A stretch of DNA of 64,000 nucleotides. It comes from Bacteroidales bacterium. GTDB taxonomy: Bacteria; Bacteroidota; Bacteroidia; Bacteroidales; JAGOPY01. Shown here in pieces: positions 19,405 to 27,563 of the stretch (position 1 is its first letter; every line of letters begins with the position of its first letter). The position numbers were made by a program, and so were the translations under genes. The notes beneath the pieces are model-generated. The model was given only the letters and a program-made list of their open reading frames with translations, did not search any database and was not told where the DNA came from. The DNA is taken from contig JALNZD010000010.1 in assembly GCA_023229505.1 (NCBI GenBank), positions 25,189-89,188 of the forward strand. The letters run 5' to 3'.

Positions 19405-20085
19405 ATGAATCATCTGGAAAGTGAATTAAAGACTTTGAAATCCAGCTTGCTGGAAATGTGGTCGATCGTGATCAGCCAGCATGAAAAGGCTAAAATGGCC
19501 ATTGAAACGAACGACAAGGACCTGGCTAATGAAATACATACCAATGAGAAACTGCTCGATGCCTTTGAACTGAAGCATGACATGGACTGCGAGAATCTGA
19601 TCGCCCTTTACAATCCGGTGGCCATTGACCTGCGATTTGTCCTGGCAGTCCTTAAAATCAATTATAATCTCGAGCGGATCGGCGATTATGCAAATTATAT
19701 TGCCAATACGATCAGGAAATCGGACGTGCCATTTGACAGCCAGTTGCTGAAAGATGCACACGTCCCTGATATGTTTGAAATTGCACATATCATGTTGGTT
19801 GAAGCTTATGATTCCTTTGAAAAAGATGATATTAAAGCCATTCACAATATCTTCGAGCTCGATACAAAGATTGACGGGTGGAAAAAAGAATCTTTCCAGG
19901 TATTAAGCGAACATATCATGAGAAATCCCGCAGATGCCAGCCAAGCACTCGAGCTCAATTCCATCATCCGGAAACTGGAACGTGTCGGCGACCACAACCG
20001 GAATATTGCGGAAGAAATCGTCTTCTATCTTGATGCCAGGATTATCAAGCATAAAAAGTTGCAGAAAAAGGCGAAACCAGAATAA
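19405..20085 (+). CDS. phoU: Phosphate signalling complex protein PhoU
   Basis: Two PhoU repeats carrying ERIGDYA and ERVGDHN motifs. Follows pstB. Confidence 0.9.
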   Translation: MNHLESELKTLKSSLLEMWSIVISQHEKAKMAIETNDKDLANEIHTNEKLLDAFELKHDMDCENLIALYNPVAIDLRFVLAVLKINYNLERIGDYANYIANTIRKSDVPFDSQLLKDAHVPDMFEIAHIMLVEAYDSFEKDDIKAIHNIFELDTKIDGWKKESFQVLSEHIMRNPADASQALELNSIIRKLERVGDHNRNIAEEIVFYLDARIIKHKKLQKKAKPE

Positions 20086-20092
20086 AAAGGAG

Positions 20093-21142
20093 ATGAAATT
20101 CACTAACCCTGTCCGGCTTGCATTAATCATTTCTCTATTAACCATCGTATTTTTTTCTTTGATATACAGCCTGCTGGTTTTGCTGAATAAGATCCCGTTC
20201 AGCATCGCGGTCATTCTGACTTTTGATGTTTTACTTTTTATATTTACCTACTTCCTGCTTAAAAATATCCTGGAGAAATTGATCTTTGAAAAAATCAAAG
20301 TTATTTACAAGATCATTCAGTCGCTTAAGCTTACCAGGGTTGAAAAAAAAGCCCTTCGCACCACGCTTGGCGAGGACATGATTAACCAGGTGAGTAAGGA
20401 CGTGATGGATTGGGCTGAAGATAAAAAAGCTGAAATCGAACAGCTGCGAAAAGCTGAAGCTTACCGCAGGGAATTCCTGGCTAATGTTTCACACGAGATC
20501 AAAACGCCTATCTCCAACATCCAGGGATACATCTCAACTCTTCTAAGCGGTGGCCTGGAGGATCATTACGTTAACCGGGATTTCCTTCTTAAAACCGAAA
20601 AGAATATTGACCGTCTGATTGAATTAGTGGATGACCTGGATATCATTTCCAGCCTTGAATCAGGAGAAGTCAGGATGGAAAAATCACGGTTCGATATCCA
20701 GGCTCTTACAAAAGAGGTTTTTGAATTCCTTGAAGACATAGCAAAAGCCGGAAATATAAAATTCATCTTTGGCAACGATGAAAATACGCCCGTTTGGGTC
20801 TATGCTGACCGTGACAGGATCAGGCAGGTCCTGGTTAACCTCTTGGATAATTCCATTAAATATGGCAGAAAAGAGGGCCGCACCAAGGTCAGTTTCTATG
20901 ATATGGATGAGAACTTCCTCATCGAAGTTTCCGATAATGGGATGGGAATTGAAAAAGATCATATCCCCCGGCTGTTTGAGAGATTCTACCGTGTGGATAA
21001 GCACCGTTCACGTGCCGAAGGGGGCACCGGGCTGGGCCTGGCCATCGTGAAACATATCATCGAAGCTCATGAGCAGACCGTCAACGTGAGAAGCTCACCT
21101 ATGATAGGCTCGACATTTTCATTTACTTTGAAGAAGGGATGA
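20093..21142 (+). CDS. phoR: Sensor histidine kinase, PhoR-like
   Basis: Start moved to MKFTNPVRL (ATG 20093); the track ORF 5-prime extension overlaps phoU out of frame. Two TM segments, H-box SHEIKTP, N/G boxes DNSIKYG and GTGLGLAIVKHI. Confidence 0.8.
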   Translation: MKFTNPVRLALIISLLTIVFFSLIYSLLVLLNKIPFSIAVILTFDVLLFIFTYFLLKNILEKLIFEKIKVIYKIIQSLKLTRVEKKALRTTLGEDMINQVSKDVMDWAEDKKAEIEQLRKAEAYRREFLANVSHEIKTPISNIQGYISTLLSGGLEDHYVNRDFLLKTEKNIDRLIELVDDLDIISSLESGEVRMEKSRFDIQALTKEVFEFLEDIAKAGNIKFIFGNDENTPVWVYADRDRIRQVLVNLLDNSIKYGRKEGRTKVSFYDMDENFLIEVSDNGMGIEKDHIPRLFERFYRVDKHRSRAEGGTGLGLAIVKHIIEAHEQTVNVRSSPMIGSTFSFTLKKG

Positions 21143-21831
21143 TTCATATGGAACAATACAAAATCCTTCTGGTGGATGATGAGCCGGATATCCTTGAATT
21201 CCTGGGTTATAACCTGCGGAATGAGGGTTACGAAGTTCACACCAGCAATAATGGAAAAGATGGCCTGGCTAAAGCACTGGAAATTCTGCCGCACCTGATT
21301 GTCCTTGATGTGATGATGCCTGAAATGGATGGCATCGAAACCTGCAAAGAGATCCGGCAAATGCCTATATTGAAAAATACCATCGTTATTTTCCTGACAG
21401 CCCGCGGGGAAGATTATTCCCAGATCGCCGGTTTTGAAGCAGGGGCTGATGACTATGTAACCAAACCGGTTAAGCCACGCGTACTGGTAAGCAGGGTCAA
21501 AGCATTGCTCAGGAGATATCAAGAAGAACCAGGGAAAGAAGCGGGACAAACTCTCGTATTAAATGAGTTTATAATTGACCGTGAAAGGTATGTTGTGATT
21601 AAAGACGGGCAGGAGTATAATTTGCCAAGGAAGGAATTTGAATTGTTGAGATTGCTGGCTTCAAAACCCAACAGGGTTTTTACTCGGGAAGAGATCCTGT
21701 CCACCATCTGGGGGAGCGATGTAATCGTAGGCGACCGGACGATTGATGTTCATATAAGGAAAATCCGCGAAAAACTCGAAACACCAAACATTAAGACCAT
21801 CAAGGGAGTTGGTTATAAATTTGAGGATTAG
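21139..21831 (+). CDS. phoB: OmpR/PhoB-family response regulator
   Basis: ATGA overlap with phoR. Receiver domain LLVDDEPDI ... VLDVMMPEMDG. Winged-helix C-terminus ...IKTIKGVGYKFED. Confidence 0.85.
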   Translation: MIHMEQYKILLVDDEPDILEFLGYNLRNEGYEVHTSNNGKDGLAKALEILPHLIVLDVMMPEMDGIETCKEIRQMPILKNTIVIFLTARGEDYSQIAGFEAGADDYVTKPVKPRVLVSRVKALLRRYQEEPGKEAGQTLVLNEFIIDRERYVVIKDGQEYNLPRKEFELLRLLASKPNRVFTREEILSTIWGSDVIVGDRTIDVHIRKIREKLETPNIKTIKGVGYKFED

Positions 21832-22208
21832 CGGGAAGTCTGATCTGCCGCTATGTTTTGGAGTGATATTTCAATATCCTCGGCTTTCTGATCAATCTTA
21901 ATTTCTTCTTCACGGTCGGAATAAGAGATCAGGGAACATTTAACCTTGTAAGTATCTGGAATAAGCCCGCTGATTGAAAAATTACCGTCGAAATCCGTAT
22001 ATGCTTCAAAATCTGTGCCTTCAATCCGGATCAATGCACCAGCCAGTGTTTCCTGGTTGGTTTTATCAATCACTTTGCCGGAAAGGGTAACTGTTTTTGC
22101 GGCGCCTTCACCTGTATTATCAGCGAATGCTGAGGAAATGCCCAAAATCATTAATGACAGTATTATAAATGTTACTTTTTTCATTGGTTTAATTTTAAAA
22201 TTAATCAT
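21828..22208 (-). CDS. Small secreted CarboxypepD_reg-like domain protein
   Basis: Signal peptide, then LSGKVIDKTNQETLAGALIRIEGTDFEAYTDFDGNFSISGLIPDTYKVKCSLISY, the fold pattern seen at N-termini of Bacteroidota TonB receptors. Confidence 0.6.
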   Translation of the reverse strand: MINFKIKPMKKVTFIILSLMILGISSAFADNTGEGAAKTVTLSGKVIDKTNQETLAGALIRIEGTDFEAYTDFDGNFSISGLIPDTYKVKCSLISYSDREEEIKIDQKAEDIEISLQNIAADQTSR

Positions 22209-22302
22209 GCAAAAGTAACCGTGGTATGTTAAGGAAATATTAAGCCAATATTAGGTTATTGTGATTATTAATTGGTAGGGGATATTTGGATGAAAATAGA
22301 TC

Positions 22303-22761
22303 TCAATAATCCTTCTGGTCGATCAATGTGCCTTTATCATCATACATGAGCCAGGTCCCTCGCTTTTCCCCGTCTTTGTAAGTCATATCATATCTTAATG
22401 TCCCAAATTCATCCCATATATACCATTTTCCGTCTTTTTTATTTTCTGTATAATTGGCTTCTGCAATTTTAACATTTTGCAGGCCCCATTTCTCCCATTT
22501 ACCGTGCTTCATGCCCTTTTGGAAGGATCTGATCTCTTCAGGCTGACCATCATCAAAATAAATCTTTGTCAAGCCGTCCAGCATGCCATCTTTTACTTCT
22601 ATGGTTGCCCGGATAACCGAATCCGCATAATATTCATAGCAGGTGCCTGTAAACATCTTCCCTTGCTCATCGTAATATATTCCATCTGAACCCTGCCGGG
22701 TTTGTGCAAAGCCAGAGATGAACATCATGATGAAAATGTATATGGTAAAAGTTCTCAACAT
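22303..22761 (-). CDS. MORN/YwqK-type repeat protein, secreted
   Basis: Start set at MLRTFTIYIFIMMFISGFAQ. Repeats of G.x.G.x.xYxxxG type (DGLTKIYFDDGQ, HGKWEKWG, DGKWYIWDEFG, RGTWLMYDDKG). Confidence 0.6.
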   Translation of the reverse strand: MLRTFTIYIFIMMFISGFAQTRQGSDGIYYDEQGKMFTGTCYEYYADSVIRATIEVKDGMLDGLTKIYFDDGQPEEIRSFQKGMKHGKWEKWGLQNVKIAEANYTENKKDGKWYIWDEFGTLRYDMTYKDGEKRGTWLMYDDKGTLIDQKDY

Positions 22762-22898
22762 ATATTCTTTAAGTTTATTTCTTGTAAAAAACCATAGCGC
22801 CCAGCTTACACCAGGTTGAATGCCCAATGGCGAATTTAATATATTTTTCTAAGTAGATGACCAGAATTTGCAACATTCTTTAAGTTAATCTATGTGAT

Positions 22899-25793
22899 TC
22901 AGAAAAGTGAATAGCTCAATCTCAACTGAAAAGTAATCCCCTGGTATAACCGTGTAAAATATTGATCGGTAGCCTCATAAGATTTAAATATAGATTCCTT
23001 CTTTGCGTTAAGAAGATTTTCGATCTTCAAACCAATCTGCAGGCGCTTATCCTCTCCCAGGCTTTTATTGCTGTTAAAGTTTAAACTGTTGAAAGGTTTG
23101 GAATAAATATCAGGACGGTCAACCATACCGACATATTGAAGTGTTTGTCCCTGAACATTGTAGTAAAGTCCGGCTTCAAAGCCGTTCCAGAATCCTTTTA
23201 CGCCTCCGTTATATGAAACACCGAAATTAATAATATAAGGCGCCTGGCCTGCCATATCGCGGTATTCGTCAATAGTTTGGCCGGTGCGTGCATTTGCAAC
23301 CCTGGAATCGTATTCTGTATTGCTTAACCTGATAATCGATTTGGTAAAAGTTAGGTTCGACGAAATGGCCATGTTCCTGAGTGCCTCGATGAGTGGTTCA
23401 AGATTCAGACGAAACTCGATCTCAGCGCCGAATACCTGGCCATCCCCCACATTGCGTGGCTGAAAAGATCCGGCCAGAGTGGCATACTGTACCATTTCTA
23501 TAGGATTGTCAAACATCTTATAAAACCCACTCAAAGAAATCGTTTGACCATTCGATGGAAACAATTCCCAACGAAGGTCGAAATTGTGAATATCTGTACT
23601 TACCAGGTTTCCGTCCCAGTATTCAATACCGGCAACATCGTCGGCATCGCGGAACAAACCACCGATAAATGTGCGACCGCTTATAGGATCGTATATTTCA
23701 GCATAAGATAATTCTTTGAAGGAAGGACGGGCGATGGTTTTGGCATAAGAAAATCTTAGATTTTGCTTCTCCGACAAAGTGTAGATAAAATTAACCGAAG
23801 GGAAAAAGTCAGTATTATCGAGCACCTTTTCATTATCAAGAATATTATACCCAAGCTGGTCCTGACCTGTATAATGCTGGACGTAGTTTTCGACACGGAT
23901 ACCCAGTATGGTTTTCAGGTTTTTTATCGGGCTAAGTTCCATGGAAACATAACCTGCAGTATTATTTGTACTGGAATTAAACTGGTTTGGATTTACCGGG
24001 ACAAAAGGTGCTTCGTATGTAGTACCATTGTTAATATTTCCATCGCGCGGCCACAGATTTTCCGGCAGGAAGAGTTCATCAGGGTTGCCTGTTAGGGGCA
24101 CATTCCGTATATTAAGCGCATAGCTGAGGATGGCAAAGTCACGTTCTTTGAAAGTGTAGGCTCCTCCAAACTGCAGTTTGGAATTTTGGCCCATGATCTC
24201 AAATCCCTTTGTTATGTGTATTAAACCGGCCAGGTTGACCTCTTCCAGGTCGCGCCATATTCTTTCAGGAAATCCGGATTCTGTACCTATTACGAAGTCT
24301 CCCTCCGAGACCACATACCTGGTAAACCGGATATCAGGATCTTCCATTTTTGATAAGGTGGGTGAAAGTTTCCATTCAACATCCCATTTCGTACCGGTGA
24401 ATGTGTGTTTACCATTGATAATCAAATTGGTAAGCGAGCGTTCACTATAATCAAGATTATGCTGAAAACCTTCGAAATCGCTTCCCTGGTCTGAGCCAAT
24501 ATAATCGAAAATACCTGCTTTGGATTCTCCATTTTGCAAGTGCAGAAGGTTGATACGGTATTTTGAATTAAGTGTTTTGATAGCGAATCCAGCCATCCCG
24601 CTCAATAAAACGCTGCTTACTCCATAGTCACCTTTCTGAAATTCACGGACACCCATTTCATACACATCAGGATCCCCTGAAAGACCATAGCGTCCATACT
24701 CAGCATCTTTATAAAACTCTGTATTGCTTTTATAAGAAAGGGCAAAATTATACCCCAGGGTTACTTTCTTGTGTGCGATTTGGTTACCCAGGGAAGCCCC
24801 AAAACCATAATCCATGAAACTCATTTTCTGGTAAGCTGCCATAGCAGGATTGAAATTTTCAAGTATTTCCCTGTACCGCTGGGCTATTTCTCCGTCAGGA
24901 TCGCCGACTACTTCAGAAAAGAAAGGAATATTGGTTGTTGCGGGAATTTCTCTTGTTCCATCATCAAAACCAAGAAAATCAGTTTTACCACCGTTATAAG
25001 TAAGATAATCGCTCTTAAAATGAAATCCGGGATTATATCCTGCACTTAAGGAAATATTTCCTTTTTTTTCCTCTGGAAAATCTTTTATGGCGATATCGAT
25101 GACTCCGCCCGTAAAATCTGCAGGCAGGTCAGCCGTAAATGATTTGAGAACAATGATGTTATCTATGATATTGGTGGGGAAAATGTCCATCTGAAGCGTA
25201 TTGCGGTCGGGATCAAGACCGGGTATATCAACCCCGTTGAGGATAGTCTTGGTATAACGGTCACCCAGTCCGCGCACATACACATATTTTCCACCTTCTA
25301 CTGAGACACCAGGAACACGTTTCATAGAGGAGGCGGCATCTGAATCACCTATTTTCCTGAAACTGACTGATGAAATGCCATCAATTACATTGTCGGATTT
25401 CCTTTTAATGGTAAGCAATGCATTTTCTGTATTCCGCAATCCCTGGGCTGTGATCACAACCTCGGTAAGCTCAAATGTAGTTTCCTTCAGCCGCAGATTG
25501 TCGAAAAGCGAAACTTCTCCTGGTTTTACCTGAAGTTCTTTAATAATTAGCGTTTCATAAGAAATGAAGGACACTCTCAGATTATATGACCCGGGTTCAA
25601 CGCTCAGGTTGAACTTACCATCCAAATCTGTAAGGGTTCCCATAGTAGTTCCTTCCAGGAATATCGTGACACCTGGCAGGTACTCACCGGTAGCATCATC
25701 GAAAACTGTTCCCCTTATAATACCATTCTGCGCGTGCAAGAGGGATGTTAAAAGAAGTAAAAAGAAAACGATGGATAATTTAAATACATGCAT
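22899..25793 (-). CDS. TonB-dependent receptor with N-terminal CarboxypepD_reg domain
   Basis: Start set at MHVFKLSIVFFLLLLTSLLHAQ. GIIRGTVFDDATGEYLPGVTI, then a plug region (DGISSVSFRKIGDSDAASSMKRVPGVSVEGGKYVYVRGLGDRY), a long beta-barrel, and C-terminal ...LRLSYSLF. Confidence 0.85.
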   Translation of the reverse strand: MHVFKLSIVFFLLLLTSLLHAQNGIIRGTVFDDATGEYLPGVTIFLEGTTMGTLTDLDGKFNLSVEPGSYNLRVSFISYETLIIKELQVKPGEVSLFDNLRLKETTFELTEVVITAQGLRNTENALLTIKRKSDNVIDGISSVSFRKIGDSDAASSMKRVPGVSVEGGKYVYVRGLGDRYTKTILNGVDIPGLDPDRNTLQMDIFPTNIIDNIIVLKSFTADLPADFTGGVIDIAIKDFPEEKKGNISLSAGYNPGFHFKSDYLTYNGGKTDFLGFDDGTREIPATTNIPFFSEVVGDPDGEIAQRYREILENFNPAMAAYQKMSFMDYGFGASLGNQIAHKKVTLGYNFALSYKSNTEFYKDAEYGRYGLSGDPDVYEMGVREFQKGDYGVSSVLLSGMAGFAIKTLNSKYRINLLHLQNGESKAGIFDYIGSDQGSDFEGFQHNLDYSERSLTNLIINGKHTFTGTKWDVEWKLSPTLSKMEDPDIRFTRYVVSEGDFVIGTESGFPERIWRDLEEVNLAGLIHITKGFEIMGQNSKLQFGGAYTFKERDFAILSYALNIRNVPLTGNPDELFLPENLWPRDGNINNGTTYEAPFVPVNPNQFNSSTNNTAGYVSMELSPIKNLKTILGIRVENYVQHYTGQDQLGYNILDNEKVLDNTDFFPSVNFIYTLSEKQNLRFSYAKTIARPSFKELSYAEIYDPISGRTFIGGLFRDADDVAGIEYWDGNLVSTDIHNFDLRWELFPSNGQTISLSGFYKMFDNPIEMVQYATLAGSFQPRNVGDGQVFGAEIEFRLNLEPLIEALRNMAISSNLTFTKSIIRLSNTEYDSRVANARTGQTIDEYRDMAGQAPYIINFGVSYNGGVKGFWNGFEAGLYYNVQGQTLQYVGMVDRPDIYSKPFNSLNFNSNKSLGEDKRLQIGLKIENLLNAKKESIFKSYEATDQYFTRLYQGITFQLRLSYSLF

Positions 25794-25887
25794 GTAAAAT
25801 AATTCTGGAGTCCTCGGTTTCAAAACCAAAACTCGCAGACTTGAAAAACCTGCGAGCTTTGATGATATAATAAACGACAACTATTGA

Positions 25888-27318
25888 TTAAAAGTTATCT
25901 AAAGCTCCTGATACTGAAGCCCATGACCATGTCTGGAATTTTGTAACATCGGCTCCGACTGTATTTGCGCCTTCGGCAACAATAGTCACATAAGCATCGC
26001 TGCCGGCTTTAAAATAGTCAGTTACGATAGCACCTTCCGGTAAGGTAGCCTGCAAACCTGAGGCCACCAGGCCGGTAGGATTAAGGTCAAAATCCTGACC
26101 TGTAGCTACACCAAAGAAATAAATGCTTGTCATGGTAGCGATGGAGTTGTCGTCGAGATCGACCAGACCTTCAGCGCCATCGGCATAAACAGAACCGTTT
26201 TTAAGAGTGTGGCCAGCCGACATGGAGCCTTCCGGACCGTCGAGTTCGAAACATTCGTCACCCGGGTTCACAACGATAAAGTTATCGAGTGTACCGGCCC
26301 ATGATTGGTCGGTATCGACTGCGTCATCACCGACATTCCAGATAATCGCATTTTTAACGCTTACGGTGCCGCCGAACCATTCGATACCGTCATCTTGATT
26401 AGCGATGATTTCTACGTTTTCAATGATAGTACCTGAACCAACGCCACCGAGGGTAAGGCCATTGATCTCATTACCTTCCCCGATGTTAGTTCCGCCATGA
26501 CGAATTGAAACATACCGGATCACACCGGAATTATCGGCAGGATTATCGCCACCATAGAGACCGTTTTGATCTGAGGGAGGAATACCTTCTATCTGCATGG
26601 AAGCAGCATCGGCCGAAATAGGGGCATTTCCCAGAATCAGAAGACCTCCCCAGAGTCCGTTCAGGACGGGATCCAGGTTCGGGCTTGCTATTTCACCGGG
26701 CATAATTTCATCGGCAACCGAAGTAAATATAATCGGGGAATCAGCAGTACCTTCTGCCATAATTTTACCGCCACGGGCGATCAAAAGAGCCGTTGCATTG
26801 GCACCTGTGCCAGCCTGGCCTTTTACTATAACTCCCGGTTGAATGGTAAGGGTAACACCGGCTAAAACTGCAATACGACTTTCGAGGGTATAAACCTTCC
26901 CGGTTTCCCAGGTAGTATTTTCAGTGATGTTTCCTGGCACTGAGACTTCTAATTCTTCTTCAACCACGCTGATAACAGCAGTAGCCGAACCAGCCTGGTC
27001 ATCATTATCAGTTATTGTCAGAACTACTGAACCGGCTCCAACTGATGTGCCTGCAGTAAAAGTAACAACTATGCTGCCTGATTCAGATCCGATGGTACCA
27101 TCGGTCTTTACCGTAACAGTGCCGTTAATGGCAACTGCATTTGTTGATTTAAAACCTGCTTCCGATGTAAACTCAAAAGTTAAATCAACGGACGAACTAA
27201 TTTCAACTGTAGCATTTGTAGGAACAGTAACTGCAGGAATTTTGTTTGTTTCGTCTTTTTTGCAGGAGGAAAAAATTGCCAAGGAGGCTACTACGAAATA
27301 GATAAGGATTTTTTTCAT
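25888..27318 (-). CDS. Surface lipoprotein: Ig-like N-terminal region plus parallel-beta-helix-like C-terminal region, partner of the downstream TonB receptor
   Basis: Lipobox LAIFSSC. T/S/V-rich beta-sandwich-like N-terminus. Repetitive GxxDD/G-rich turns (NQDDGIEWFGGTVSV, NVGDDAVDTD). Lies 95 bp upstream of the receptor start. Confidence 0.55.
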   Translation of the reverse strand: MKKILIYFVVASLAIFSSCKKDETNKIPAVTVPTNATVEISSSVDLTFEFTSEAGFKSTNAVAINGTVTVKTDGTIGSESGSIVVTFTAGTSVGAGSVVLTITDNDDQAGSATAVISVVEEELEVSVPGNITENTTWETGKVYTLESRIAVLAGVTLTIQPGVIVKGQAGTGANATALLIARGGKIMAEGTADSPIIFTSVADEIMPGEIASPNLDPVLNGLWGGLLILGNAPISADAASMQIEGIPPSDQNGLYGGDNPADNSGVIRYVSIRHGGTNIGEGNEINGLTLGGVGSGTIIENVEIIANQDDGIEWFGGTVSVKNAIIWNVGDDAVDTDQSWAGTLDNFIVVNPGDECFELDGPEGSMSAGHTLKNGSVYADGAEGLVDLDDNSIATMTSIYFFGVATGQDFDLNPTGLVASGLQATLPEGAIVTDYFKAGSDAYVTIVAEGANTVGADVTKFQTWSWASVSGALDNF

Positions 27319-27478
27319 ATTTATTTTCTTTTAATTTTTCTGCAAAAATCCGGTCTACAGATTACCCTAATGTTTTGTGATTGTTACTAAAACATTATGA
27401 ATTACAGTTGCATGTTAAAATAACATTAAGGAGGGCAGAACGGTCATCTATTCCGGAGAAAGTCTAAGGAGAGTTAAA

Positions 27479-27563
27479 CGCTGACAGGTCTGACGACACT
27501 GTCAGGTTTAAAGTGGTGAAATAAAGACCTGACAGCGTCCGTCGCCAGGTGGACCTGTCAGCG
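27479..27563 (-). terminator. Nested inverted-repeat structure overlapping the ATPase stop codon (probable terminator or regulatory hairpin)
   Basis: Four copies of CTGWCAG. Outer arms cgctgacaggtc (27479-27490) and gacctgtcagcg (27552-27563) are perfect 12-bp complements. Inner arms ctgtcaggt (27499-27507) and acctgacag (27527-27535) are perfect 9-bp complements. On the minus strand the structure is followed by tttaactctcctt. Confidence 0.5.

Noticed and set aside
19934-20092. 53-aa N-terminal extension of the PhoR ORF
   Set aside because: It overlaps the 3-prime end of phoU in another frame and is S/K-rich low complexity. ATG 20093 gives a normal TM-anchored kinase start.
21067-21549. 160-aa minus-strand ORF across the phoR/phoB junction
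   Set aside because: It is antisense to two well-supported genes and has no recognisable domain.
27479-27563. CTGWCAG units interpreted as E. coli-type Pho boxes (CTGTCAT)
   Set aside because: The units are palindromic and arranged as inverted, not direct, repeats, with irregular spacing (19, 29, 26 bp) rather than 11-bp periodicity. An RNA hairpin or terminator explains them better.
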